Assembly: GCA_964016885.1 (NCBI GenBank)
Contig: OZ024763.1
Span: 620,001-684,000, forward strand
Origin: Eledone cirrhosa
Lineage: Eukaryota
Length of the DNA stretch: 64,000 nucleotides
Reading direction: 5' to 3'
The notes under the pieces were generated by a model. The model was not told the origin of the DNA. It ran no database searches and saw nothing but the letters and a program-made list of their open reading frames with translations. The first letter of the stretch is position 1. Each line of letters starts with the position of its first letter. A program made the translations under genes and the position numbers. Below, piece after piece: positions 28,050 through 41,300 of this stretch.

Positions 28050-29415
28050 CTTCTGGTTTTATAATTTCACAAAGTTTTACCAATAGAGAGAGAGTCAGTT
28101 TCTAACATAGACACAAGACTCTCTCATTGGAATTTACACAACATCAACTAGGTAGATATGTATGCATGCATGTGTAGATATGGATGTTATTGTATGTGTG
28201 GATGTGTATGTTTTGAGTTGTATGTGTGCATGTGTATATGCTTTGTATCTGTACATGTGTATATGCAGTTATTAGATGCAAAATTTTTGGAATGTTTTAC
28301 ATATTTTTACTGTTCCATTAATGGATTGTACTTGTAGTTTCCTAACTAGTTGTGTTCTTTCTGTTCCTGTGAAGCCTAGCTTCTCAAGATTTGTATTGAG
28401 GCAGTTACTAACATATCCCAGTGCCCCAATAATCACAGGCATAAATCTGAAGGTGTAATCAGAGTGGAGTATCTGCAGATTTCTCATCAGTTCTGCATAA
28501 ATATTCTCCTTTTCACTAATCTTTGATATTATATTGGCATCTGCTGGGCAGCTAATTTCCACTACTGTGCATGTTTTCTTCTCCCTGTCCCATATCATAA
28601 TAATATCTGGTCTGTTATGCCTGCATTTTATTGGGGTTTTTACTGGAACATTCCACCAGTACTCTTTCATATTATGTACATGGATGTCTTCCACATTGTT
28701 GTAGCTTTTAATGTGTTTATTATCGGGGCTATCTTTTTTACGAACTGCATTGTACAGTGTTTTGGCCACTACATCATGCCTCATAGGTAGATAGTACCGC
28801 GATGACATCTTTGGACAGCTACTGATGACATGGGTGATATCCTCGATGTTAGTTCTGCAGAGTCTGCACTTGTTATCACATCTAGTTGTTTTGCCTGCAT
28901 CCCTATCTCTTTTGTGAATCAGGTATTTTGTGCTAATCTCCTGTTCTTGGATTGCAAAAACGTATCCTTCAAAGTGGGAGCCAATATAGCGGTTGTTGGT
29001 CCAAGATAGACTACTTTCCTTATCTATATTACTTTCACTCTGGAGCTTCCTGGCAACATATCCATGCATGATTTTTTGCTGATAGGCATGCAGTTTTTCA
29101 TCCATGGATTCACTGCGATACTGCTGGGCGACATCCCTGGGTGTGAGTTTTTGATTATCACACAGGGAATATCTCTCAAGGAGTTCCTTCCTAACTTTCA
29201 TGATCTTATGTTTCATGAAGATAGACTTGCTCGAGAAGCGGGCTCCTACGCTTCGAGGTTCGTAGATGTTGTCGGAGAGAGATGATGCGACATTCAAATG
29301 TTGTCTGGACTGATGTTAGGCCTCTGCCTCCCTGCTTACGTTTCAAGTAAAGGCGGTCTATGTCACTGTTTATGTGGAAGTTTCCGGTGTTGTTCAGTAT
29401 TTTTCGAGTTCCAAC
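28050..29415 (-). pseudogene. 5'-truncated R4/Dong-like non-LTR retrotransposon (RT thumb, CCHC knuckle, restriction-like endonuclease), frameshift near 29210, stop at 28272
   Basis: RLYLKRKQGGRGL; CRLC..EDITHVISSC; RHD; HNRPDII..D..K.CTVVEISCP (PD-(D/E) endonuclease motif). The clade assignment is less certain than the domain call. Confidence 0.9.
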
Positions 29416-29418
29416 ATC

Positions 29419-29600
29419 GACCTTCGCGCATGCGCTGTACGGTCCGACCTTCGCGCATGCGCTGTACGGCCCGACCTTCGCGCATGCGCTGTACGGCCTA
29501 ACCGTCGCGCATGCGCAGTGCTGTCCAACCTTGGCGCATGCGCAAGGCGGTCCAGCCTTCACGCATGCGCAGTACGGTCCAACCGTCGCGCATGCGCACT
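29419..29600. repeat. 27-bp GC-rich tandem repeat, 7 copies, each with a (g/a)cgcatgcgc core
   Basis: Cores at 29426, 29453, 29480, 29507, 29534, 29561 and 29588. Confidence 0.95.
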
Positions 29601-30448
29601 ACATATATGTATGTATGTATGTCTTAATTTCGAGTATATTTTTTTGACCGGCCATCTTCCTGGTGGCAAGGTTGTAAAAGAAAAGAAATTGTCATCCCTT
29701 GAATCGCAAGAATGTTTTGCAAATTTTGAAGGGGCCAGCTATTGCAGCCATTTGTAGACTATGAATTAGGGAGCTGCGCTCTGTATGTATGTATGTATGT
29801 GTGTGTATGTACTTGTATATGTGGATATATATATATATGTTTATATATGTGTGTGTGTGTATGTACTTGTATATGTGGATTTATATGTGTGTGTATATGT
29901 ACTTGTATATGTGGATATATATATGTTTATATGTGTGTGAATATATGTATATTTGTGAGCGTATATATTTATGTATATGTGCATATATATGTTTATGTGT
30001 GTGTGTGTGTGTGTGTATGTTTATGTGTGTGTGTATGTTTATGTGTATGTGTGTGTGTGTGTATATGTATATATTTATGTGTGTGTGCACAAAAAACAAA
30101 CACTTTATATAAGTTTGCTAGCAATATATTCCAGATTTCTAATTATCCACTCAGACTCCTCCAATGTTTGTCAATCCTCTCGAGACCATCACTACCAACA
30201 CCACCACACCACCACCACCACCACACCACACCACCACCTTCTTCCTAAGTAGATGCTGACTCCAGTTTGTCAGGAGTTATTTTCCTCATCCACTTAATTC
30301 ACCAGATAGATCACAGACATGTATATATATATTCTTTTCTCTCTTCCAACTGTGCGTGTTATCTCCCGGTATGTCGATTATGTCCCTTTGTTTTTGATCT
30401 TCATTTAACTATTTTCACCTAAAACATCGGTCTGTCTGTCTATCTATC

Positions 30449-30560
30449 TAACTTTTAAATTCCATCTGTGATAACATTTTACACGTTTTTATTGTATGTA
30501 AACTTCCCCCTTTGTATTTGTCCCCTTCTTTTGTGCCCCTGTGGCTAATAAAGAAATATA
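30449..30560 (+). mobile_element. LINE-like 3' end with AATAAA, embedded in (TATC)n
   Basis: Near-identical reverse complement at 47191-47303; ends gtggctaataaagaaatata followed by tcta repeats. Confidence 0.7.
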
Positions 30561-30670
30561 TCTATCTATCTGGTTTGTTCATCTCATCGTTGTGGAGTGG
30601 AACCAAGGCCAGTTAAATAAATAACCCCCTCCCCTCAAAGGCTCTACTTTAATATTCCTTTATATATAGT

Positions 30671-30975
30671 CAGGGTTTCCCAACCTTTTTCTTTCCATCA
30701 TCACCCACTTTTATATCAATATATTTGCCACCACCCACCTCTATAGTAAATATTAAAAAAAACATGCCAAGAATGTTTGGTAAAGGTTTGTTACTTGTCC
30801 AACCCATGCAAGTATGGAAAAGCAGACATAAAAATGATATAAAGCAGTTTCCCAACCTTTTTTTTTTTTTACATCATCACCCACTTTTATATGGATATAT
30901 TTTCCTCCACCCAACTCTATAGTAAATATTTAAAAAAAAACATGGCCCAAAATGTTTGGTAAAAGTTTGATACTG
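30671..30975. mobile_element. Duplicated hAT-like left end (two ~170-bp copies)
   Basis: cagggtttcccaacctttt start; catcatcacccacttttatat block repeated. Confidence 0.5.
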
Positions 30976-31075
30976 GTTCGTTATTCCTATTTAGACTCAG
31001 GATTAACGTCTAGCTTCTGTGTATTGAGTGCAGCATTTGCACATCCTTGAGTGTATGGCGTTCCCACATAACACA

Positions 31076-32418
31076 GTCTCTCAAGACGTGGGATGTATTG
31101 ATAGATGTAACTGACCGTGGTGATCCTTGGAGCACTTTGGCTGCCTCGTGTGTCTCAAGACGTGGGATGTATTGATAGATGTAACTTACCGTGGTGGTCA
31201 TTGGAGCACTTTGGCTGCCTCGTGTGTCTCAAGATGTGGGATGTATTGATAGATGTAACTGACCGTGGTGGTCATTGGAGCACTTTGGCTGCCTCGTGTG
31301 TCTCAAGACATGGGATGTATTGATAGATGTAACTGACCGTGGTGGTCATTGGAGCACTTTGGCTGCCTCGTGTGTCTCAAGATGTGGCATGTATTGATAG
31401 ATGTGACTGACCGTGGTGGTCATTGGAGCACTTTGGCTGCCTCGTGTGTCTCAAGATGTGGGATGTATTGATAGATGTAACTGACTGTGGTGGTCATTGG
31501 AGCACTTTGGCTGCCTCATGTGTCTCAAGACGTGGGATGTATTGATAGATGTGACTGACCGTGGTGGTCATTGGAGCACTTTGGCTGCCTCATGTGTCTC
31601 AAGACGTGGGATGTATTGATAGATGTGACTGACCGTGGTGGTCATTGGAGCACTTTGGCTGCCTCGTGTGTCTCAAGACGTGGGATGTATTGATAGATGT
31701 AACTGACCGTGGTGGTCATTGGAGCACTTTGGCTGCCTCGTGTGTCTCAAGATGTGGGATGTATTGATAGATGTAACTGACTGTGGTGGTCATTGGAGCA
31801 CTTTGGCTGCCTCATGTGTCTCAAGACATGGGATGTATTGATAGATGTGACTGACCGTGGTGGTCATTGGAGCACTTTGGCTGCCTCATGTGTCTCAAGA
31901 TGTGGGATGTATTGATAGATGTGACTGACCGTGGTGGTCATTGGAGCACTTTGGCTGCCTCATGTGTCTCAAGACGTGGGATGTATTGATAGATGTGACT
32001 GACCGTGGTGGTCATTGGAGCACTTTGGCTGCCTCGTGTGTCTCAAGACATGGGATGTATTGATAGATGTGACTGACCGTGGTGGTCATTGGAGCACTTT
32101 GGCTGCCTCGTGTGTCTCAAGACGTGGGATGTATTGATAGATGTAACTGACTGTGGTGGTCATTGGAGCACTTTGGCTGCCTCGTGTGTCTCAAGATGTG
32201 GGATGTATTGATAGATGTAACTGACCGTGGTGGTCATTGGAGCACTTTGGCTGCCTCATGTGTCTCAAGATGTGGGATGTATTGATAGATGTAACTGACC
32301 GTGGTGGTCATTGGAGCACTTTGGCTGCCTCATGTGTCTCAAGACGTGGGATGTATTGATAGATGTAACTGACCGTGGTGGTCATTGGAGCACTTTGGCT
32401 GCCTCGTGTGTCTCAAGA
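31076..32418. repeat. 74-bp tandem array, about 18 highly similar copies
   Basis: Unit gtctcaagacgtgggatgtattgatagatgtaactgaccgtggtggtcattggagcactttggctgcctcgtgt. Confidence 0.97.
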
Positions 32419-32684
32419 TAGAGTAGCTCCTAAGAATAAGTAAGCAAGGAAAATGGACATTAAACAGTGATGATGATGATGAAATCAATTATAGGAGTTT
32501 AACTTAATCAACTAGTCCCTCTACCCGGCTACTTATCTAGCCTCCTGGCAAGAAGGATCAACATGAAATAAAGTGTCTTGCTCAAGAACACAACACACAC
32601 TGTCTGGTCAAGAAATTGAACACATGACCATATCATGAGTTAAACACACTAACCACTACGCCATATCCTCATCCCCCCCCCCCC

Positions 32685-33230
32685 AACCACCATATATCTC
32701 TCCCTCTCAGTCTCTCACCTTCTCCTCAGCCACCATATCTATCCCCCTCTCTCTCTACCAGTCTCTCTAACACTCTCTCCGGGCGCCATATCTTTCCCTC
32801 TCCACTTCTCTCTCAATCTCTCACCCTCTCCACTTCTCTCTCAATCTCTCACCCTCTCCACTTCTCTCTCAGTCTCTCACCCTCTCCCCAGCCACCATAT
32901 CTATCCCCCTCTCTCTCTACCAGTCTCTCTAACACTCTCTCCGGGCGCCATATCTCTCCCTCTCCACTTTTCTCTCAATCTCTCACCCTCTCCACTTCTC
33001 TCTCAATCTCTCACCCTCTCCCCAGCCACCATATCTATCCCCCTCTCTCTCTACCAGTCTCTCTAACACTCTCTCCGGGCGCCATATCTCTCCCTCTCCA
33101 CCTCTCTCTGAATCTCTCACTCTCTCTCAGTCTCTCACCTTCTCCCCAGCCACCATATCTATCCCCCTCTCTCTCTACCAGTCTCTCTATCACTATCTCT
33201 ATCTCCCCCTCTACCACTATATCTCTCCAC
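32685..33230. repeat. CT-rich minisatellite containing ctctccgggcgccatatc three times
   Basis: Direct inspection. Confidence 0.8.
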
Positions 33231-34299
33231 TAGACATCCCATATATCTCTGCTGTATATTTGTCATATTTGATTGCTTGTTGACGTCTGTTACAGCTTTA
33301 TATTGATTGTTAAAGCTTGTTACACACTGCTGGATATTCCTTGATGATGGTGGTGGTGGTGGTGGTGCTGGACTCTATTGGTTGGATGGTGGTGGTGCTG
33401 GTGGTGCTGGACTCTATTGGTTGGATGGCGGTGGTGATTGGTGATGGTGGTAGTGGGGATAGTGGTGGTGGTGCTGGTCTCTATTGGTTGGATGGCGGTG
33501 GTGATTGGTGATGGTGGTAGTGGGGATAGTGGTGGTGGTATTGGTGGTGGTGGTGCTGGTCTCTATTGGTTGGGGTGCTGGTGATGATGGCCTGGTATTG
33601 GTTGGATGGCGGTGGTGATTGGTGATGGTTCTAGTGGGGATATGGTGGTGGTGCTGGTCTCTATTGGTTGGAAGGTGGTGGTGATTGGTGGTGGTGGTAG
33701 TGGGGATATGGTGGTGGTGGTGGTGGCGGCTTGTTGCTAGTCATTCCTTTCATCCCCTCATTGATCTCAAATTATAGTGTGTGAGTGTGTGGCTGTGTGT
33801 GTGCCTGTCTGTGTGTGTGTCTGTTTGTGTGTCTGTCTGTGTGTGTGCCTGTCTGTGTGTGTGTCTGTTTGTGTGTCTGTCTGTCTGTCTGTGTGTGTGT
33901 GTGTGTGTGGCTGTGTGTGTGTGTGTGAGTGTGTGGCTGTGTGTGAGTGTGTGGCTGTGTGTGTGTCTGTCTGTGTGTGTGCCTGTCTGTGTGTGTGTCT
34001 GTTTGTGTGTCTGTCTGTCTGTCTGTGTGTGTGTGTGTGTGTGGCTGTGTGTGTGTGTGTGGCTGTGTGTATGTATGTCTGTGTGTATGTGTGGCTGTGT
34101 GTGTCTGTCTCTGTGTGTGTATGTGTGTCTCTGTGTGTTCAACTGGTTCTCTTCCTCCCTAGCTACCCCCACCCTCTCACTGGTTAACAGGTACTCCTCC
34201 CCTTCCTCCTCCTCCTTGAACACTTACTCAGACTCTCACCTTGACCAACTGGCCCTCCTCCCCCTCACTGGACACTTGGCTACTGTTTCTCTCTACTGT

Positions 34300-34397
34300 G
34301 TGTATATATGCCTGTGTATATATATATATGCCTGTGTGTGTATATATATATGCCTCTGTGTATATATATATATGCCTGTGTATATATATATATATGG

Positions 34398-34444
<47 letters not shown>

Positions 34445-34667
34445 TGTGTGTATATATATATATGGCTGTGTATATATGCCTGTGTATATATATATATATG
34501 CCTGTGTATATATATATATATATATATATGCCTGTGTGTATATATATATATATGCCTGTGTGTATATATATATATATGCCTGTGTGTATATATATATATG
34601 GCTGTGTGTATATATATATATGCCTGTGTATATATATATATATGGCTGTGTATATATATATATATGG

Positions 34668-34699
<32 letters not shown>

Positions 34700-35004
34700 G
34701 CCTGTGTGTATATATATATATGCCTGTGTGTATATATATATATATGCCTGTGTGTATATATATATATATGCCTGTGTGTATATATATATATATGCCTGTG
34801 TGTATATATATATGCCTGTGTGTATATATATATATGCCTGTGTATATATATATATATGGCTGTGTATATATATATATATGGCTGTGTATATATATATATA
34901 TGGCTGTGTATATATATATATATATATATATGCCTGTGTGTGTATATATATATATGCCTGTGTGCATATATATATATGCCTGTGTATATATATATATATA
35001 TGCC

Positions 35005-35035
<31 letters not shown>

Positions 35036-36616
35036 GGCTGTGTGTATATATATATATATGCCTGTGTGTGTATATATATATGGCTGTGTGTATATATATA
35101 TATATGGCTGTGTGTATATATATATATATGCCTGTGTGTATATATATATATATATGCCTGTGTGTATATATATATATATATATGCCTGTGTGTATATATA
35201 TATATATGCCTGTGTGTATATATATATATATGCCTGTGTGTATATATATATATGCCTGTGTGTATGTATATATATGCCTGTGTATATATATATATGCCTG
35301 TGTGTATATATATATATATGGCTGTGTGTGTATATATATATGCCTGTGTGTATATATATATATGCCTGTGTGTATATATATATGCCTGTGTGTATATATA
35401 TATATATGCCTGTGTGTATATATATGTATGCCTGTGTGTATATATATATATATGCCTGTGTGTATATATATATATGCCTGTGTGTATATATATATATATG
35501 CCTGTGTGTATATATATGCCTGTGTGTATATATATATATGCCTGTGTGTATGTATATATATGCCTGTGTGTATGTATATATATGCCTGTGTGTATATATA
35601 TATGCCTGTGTGTATATATATGTATGCCTGTGTGTATATATATATATATGCCTGTATGTATATATATATATGCCTGTGTGTATATATATATATATGCCTG
35701 TGTGTATATATATATATATACCTGTGTGTATATATATATATACCTGTGTGTATATATATATATGCCTGTGTGTGTATATATATGCCTGTGTGTATATATA
35801 TATATATGGCTGTGTGTATATATATATATATGGCTGTGTGTATATATATATATATGCCTGTGTGTATATATATGTATGCCTGTGTGTATATATATATATA
35901 TGCCTGTGTGTATATATATATATGCCTGTGTGTATATATATATATATGCCTGTGTGTATATATATGTATGCCTGTGTGTATATATATATATGCCTGTGTG
36001 TATATATATATATATGCCTGTGTGTATATATATATATGCCTGTGTGTATATATATATATGCCTGTGTGTATGTATATATATGCCTGTGTATATATATATA
36101 TATGGCTGTGTGTATATATATATATGGCTGTGTATATATATATATATGCCTGTGTATATATATATATATATATATATGCCTGTGTGTATATATATATATG
36201 CCTGTGTGTATGTATATATATGCCTGTGTGTATGTATATATATGCCTGTGTGTATATATATATATGCCTCTGTGTATATATATATATGCCTCTGTGTATA
36301 TATATATATATATGCCTGTGTGTATATATATATATGCCTGTGTGTATATATATATATGCCTGTGTGTATATATATATATATATGCCTGTGTGTATATATA
36401 TATATATATGCCTGTGTGTATATATATATATGCCTGTGTGTATGTATATATATGCCTGTGTGTATATATATATGCCTGTGTGTATATATATATATGCCTC
36501 TGTGTATATATATATATTCCTCTGTGTATATATATATATATATGCCTGTGTGTATATATATATATGCCTGTGTGTATATATATATATATATGCCTCTGTG
36601 TATATATATATATGCC

Positions 36617-36670
<54 letters not shown>

Positions 36671-36885
36671 TGTGTGTATGTATATATATGCCTGTGTGTA
36701 TATATGTATATATATGCCTGTGTGTATATATATATATATATGCCTGTGTGTATATATATATATATGCCTGTGTGTATATATATATATATGCCTGTGTGTA
36801 TATATATATATGCCTGTGTGTGTATATATATATATATATATATGCCTGTGTGTGTATATATATATGCCTGTGTGTATATATATAT
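34300..36885. repeat. 2.6-kb minisatellite g(c/g)ctgtgtg(ta)n
   Basis: Roughly a hundred units with variable (TA)n; it produces the spurious ~900-1000-aa ORFs. Confidence 0.95.
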
Positions 36886-36886
36886 A

Positions 36887-37017
36887 ATTGTTTCTACTTT
36901 TGGCACAAGGCAAGCAAAAGATCAGTACATTACTGGTACTTTATTTTATCAATAAAGGCAAAGTGAACCTCGGCGGGATTTGAACTCAGACCGTAAAGGG
37001 ACGTAACTCTATGCTGG
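36887..37017 (-). mobile_element. SINE family A, 5'-truncated
   Basis: Tail, part of the central block, and B box. Confidence 0.8.
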
Positions 37018-37058
37018 ATAATGTGTCCCTACATCTCTGTCTTGTTTGTTCTTCAAAT

Positions 37059-37098
<40 letters not shown>

Positions 37099-37244
37099 GT
37101 ATAATGTATATATATATATATACACCCATTATACCTGTGTATAATGTGTATTGATGTCTATAAATTATATTTCATGAAAAGAAATTGCGTGAATAGCGTG
37201 GCATTGAAAAATCTTTTTTAAAGTCTTATGACTTGACAGCTGTT

Positions 37245-37294
<50 letters not shown>

Positions 37295-37677
37295 ATATAT
37301 ATACATATATATATATATGTTATATGTTATGGAATACTGTTAGCTTCTCGCTATAACAATTTCTATACTTTTCATTTATATATATATATATAAACAGCTG
37401 TCCAGAAATAGCCGTCGAAACGGCTTGAGCTCTGCCGTCGGGGTCATACTTTTTCCTATATATATATATGTATATCATTATTTTTACGTTTGCTTTCCAT
37501 GCTGGCATGGGTTGGATGGGTCAGAGTGACCTCATCTTGCTCATAAGCTCCATATTTGACACGGTTTCTATGACTGGATGACCTTTCTAATGCCAACTAC
37601 CATACTTGATGAACTGGGACTGGGGGCATTTTTTTTTGTGGTACCAGCACTACCGTTTTTCAGTGTTTACTGGGATA

Positions 37678-37960
37678 TAGTTATGTAATAAACAACATAA
37701 GACAATGATTCCATTTACCAAAGGTTTCATGAAGACAGACGAGCTTGACACAACAGACGACTGAAATCGCTCATGAGAATGAACAATTTTTAATATGGAC
37801 GTAAGATATAAATTTAAAACAAAGGCTAAAACAATTGAAAGCGAGGCTGATATATAAAATAAAATAACGGGGAAAAAATAGAACGTAAGTCGAGATCATC
37901 TGTTTTCGTGAAACCTTTGGTAAATGGAATAATTGTCTTCTGTTGTTTATTACATAACTA
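37678..37960. mobile_element. MITE with ~70-bp TIRs and TA ends (Tc1/mariner-type)
   Basis: tagttatgtaataaacaaca..ttccatttaccaaaggtttca / tgaaacctttggtaaatggaa..tgttgtttattacataacta. Confidence 0.85.
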
Positions 37961-38291
37961 AATAGCTATGTAGCTTACATAGAGCACTCCTTTCCTTTAC
38001 CCTTCCAATGGAAATATTTTATATATATATATATATAATATACTGCTAACAATGAAAAGTTACCCAATGCAATCTGTCAGGTGTTCCTTTTGACGCTATG
38101 GTAAAAAGCACTCAGTCCATATTGTAAATGTGTTTGGTATTAGGAAGGACATCCAGCTGTAGAAACCAAGGCTAGAAACAGTTCTATACGAGTAAAACAT
38201 GGTCACTTGATCTGACTTGTCTCACAGCAGGAGAACTCGTCAAATCCATGGTGCTAGCATGGAAAATGGACATTAAATGTGATGATAATAT

Positions 38292-38722
38292 ATCATCATC
38301 ATTTTACGTCCGCTTTTCCCTGCTTGCAAGGGTGGGACGGGAACTGATTCTGGCTTGATTTCTACAGCTGAATGCCCTTCCTAACACCAACCTCATTTAC
38401 AGTGAGTGCTGGGTGCTTTTTTTCTGTGGCGCCTACACGTCCACTTTACAGTGTGGGCTGGGTGCTTTTCTGCCGTGACACCTCCACGACCACTTTGCAG
38501 TGGAATGATAGGGACCCGAGTCCCAAATCACAACCTTTCGATTGGCCTTGCAATCGAAAGGTTGTGAGTTCAATCCTCAGACCGGGTGATGTGTTGTTTC
38601 CTTGAGCAAGACACTTTATTTCACATTGCTCCAGTTTACTCAGCTGTAGAAATGAGATGATAGGGACTGGGGTCCCTATTATTCCACTGCAAAGTGGTCG
38701 TGGAGGTGCCACGGCAAAAAAG
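38292..38722. mobile_element. CORE SINE (tail type 1) with internal inversion
   Basis: 38292-38525 matches 27625-27813 directly (with an internal duplication); 38541-38722 is the reverse complement of about 27757-27937. Confidence 0.85.
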
Positions 38723-39146
38723 CAGTGATGATTATATATATATATATAATATTGATTAAATCGACCTCAGTGCGTGACTGGTATTTTATTTTACCAATGT
38801 TTTAAGGATGAAAAGTGAAGCTAACCGTGGCAGGATTTGAACTGAGAATGTAAAGTGACGAAACTATATTGTCACAAAACCTGTTGTTCGACGCTCTACT
38901 GAATCTACTGCCAATCCATCGCCCTGTATACCAATTTGTTAATGAGCAAGTCTTATCAGATTCCTTGGCAGGGGATATCAATAGAAACATGGTAATGAAA
39001 CGGATATTTTGTTGTGTTTATTGATTAGATAAACTAGAAGAAAAAATATATATGTGCGTAGAAATTCTCAAATTAGGTTTGTCTAATTGATAGGGTGTGG
39101 AGTGTTGTAATTTAGTTTTAATTGCTTTATATGTTCTAATTAAGAC

Positions 39147-39305
39147 AGCAAATTGGCAGAGTCGTTAGAACGTCAAATAAAGTACTTTGTGGCATTGGTT
39201 CTGGTTCTCTACTTTCTCTGAGTTCAAATCCTGCTGAGGTCAACTTTGCCTTTCATCCATTCGAAGTTGATAAAAAAAGTACCAGTCTTGTACTGGGGGG
39301 GTCGA
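39147..39305 (+). mobile_element. Older SINE family A copy (others at 38750-38915 minus, 39497-39605 plus, 10862-10952 plus)
   Basis: tggcagagtcg, gagttcaaatcc, ctttgcctttcatcc. Confidence 0.75.
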
Positions 39306-39614
39306 TTCTTCCTCTATATCTCTTTCTCACTCTCACTTTTTATCATTCTATGGATGAAACCTGCTGTATTCAGCTCTGGAGATGAGAGGGGCTCTGCCAG
39401 GTTTTATTATGCCCTAGGACACCCCCTACGAAGTTACGGGACCATACATACATACAAATATTGTTGTGCTTAAAATAGAAACAATTATTATTAAGGGCGG
39501 TGGATTAGCAATATTGGTAGAGTGTCGGACAACCTGCTTTGGGGCATATAGTTACAGCCCTTTACGTTCTAATTTCTGAGTTCAAATCCCGCCGATGTTA
39601 GCTTTCGGCAGGGA

Positions 39615-40175
39615 ACTTCTGACACATCTTCACCCAACAATCACCTTCCACACACTTCACATGTCTATGTTAGCAGTCTTCTCTCTTGCACACTACATTT
39701 GATTCCTCTTATACTCAGTTCATCCATGCTTGGCTTTCTTCTACTGCAGCTTCCTTCCACTGGGAGATCCTGGTAGTCTATAATTATCCTACATAGACAC
39801 ATGTCTGTACCAGTGCACTCTTCTCTTTTGCAAATTACATTTGATACCTCTTATACTCAATCTCTCTTTCAGTTCATCTAAACTTGGCCTTCCTCTACTG
39901 CAACTTCCTTCCACAGGGAACTCCGAGCAGTCCTTCACTCTATAATTATCCTACATGCACACATGTCTATACTAGTGCAGTCTTCTCTCTTGCAAATTAC
40001 ATTTGATACCTCTTATACTCAATCTCTCTTTCAGTTCATCTAAACTTGGCCTTCCTCTACTGCAACTTCCTTCCACAGGGAACTCCTAGCAGTCCTTCAC
40101 TCTATAATTATCCTACATGCACACATGTCTATACTAGTGCAGTCTTCTCTCTTGCAAATTAAATTTGATTCCTCT
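39615..40175 (-). repeat. ~162-bp tandem repeat (about 3.5 copies) derived from the RTE ORF2 C-terminus
   Basis: Minus-strand unit translates to DELKERLSIRGIKCNLQERRLH.YRHV...VEGSCSRGRP, with stops. Confidence 0.8.
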
Positions 40176-40301
40176 TATAGATTTTTTAAATTATTTTTCA
40201 ACTTCTAAATTTCTAAATCAACCAGTCTCTAGTCATCCCTGACGCCTGCTTCGAGACTAATTAACCACTAACAAACTGATAAACTTGTGGGTGGTGCTAA
40301 T

Positions 40302-40367
<66 letters not shown>

Positions 40368-40582
40368 GTGAGTGAGTGAGTGAGCAAGAGAACGAGAGAA
40401 TGTTTGGTCTCAGCGACATTTCCAAAAACAATAAAGGACTAACAGAAAAAACAAAGCAAACATTAGCTTCTCCACTTTAGTTGTTATTAAATAAAATAAT
40501 AGATTACCAAACCAAGTGTTTATTCCAAATACTCTTTTATCAAATTAACTGGAAACCATATTTTTTATTATATATATATATA

Positions 40583-40780
40583 TGGCTTAGTGGGTAGAGT
40601 GTCGGTGTTACAATCGTGAGGTTGTGAGTTTGATTCTTGGACCGAGCTTTGCATTGTGTCACTGAGCAAGGCACTTTATTTCACGTTGCTCCAGTTGACT
40701 CAGCTGTAGAAATGAGTTGTGATGTCACTGGTGCCAAGCTGTATCGGCCATTGCTTTTCCCTTCGACAACATCATGTATA

Positions 40781-40824
<44 letters not shown>

Positions 40825-41300
40825 TATATATATAATGTACATATACTGTATATAGTGTGTATATAGTTGTGACGTCACTGGTACCAAGCTGTATCAGCCA
40901 TTGCCTTTCCCTTGGACAACATATATATATATAGTATATATATATATAGTGTATATATATATATATAATGTATATATACTGTATATACATTGTGTATATA
41001 GTTGTGACGACACTGGTGCCAAGCTGTATCAGCCATTGCCTTTCCCTTGGACAACACATATATATATAGTATATATATATATAGTGTATATATATATATA
41101 TAATGTATATATACTGTATATACATTGTGTATATAGTTGTGACGACACTGATGCCAAACTGTGTCAGCCATTGCCTTTCTCTTGGACAGCATTAGTGGCA
41201 TGGAGAGAGGAGAGACTGGTATGTATGGGTGACTGTTGGTCTTCTACAAACAAACCTTGCCCGGAGTTAGGTAGTAACTTAATCACTACCATGCTAGTGG
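40583..41300 (+). mobile_element. CORE SINE (tail type 3) with a ~58-bp tail segment amplified four times between (TA)n spacers
   Basis: tggcttagtgg A box and CORE block; agttgtgac(g/a)..cactggtgccaagctgtatc..cccttggacaac at about 40725, 40866, 41000 and 41135. Confidence 0.85.

Noticed and set aside
31076-32418. CRISPR array (also considered for 7390-9200 and 10470-12335)
   Set aside because: No unique spacers, no cas genes, eukaryotic context.
33781-36966. ORFs of 859-1061 aa, and all YI/CV/HT/poly-V/poly-T ORFs elsewhere
   Set aside because: Translations of microsatellites and minisatellites, open in several frames on both strands.
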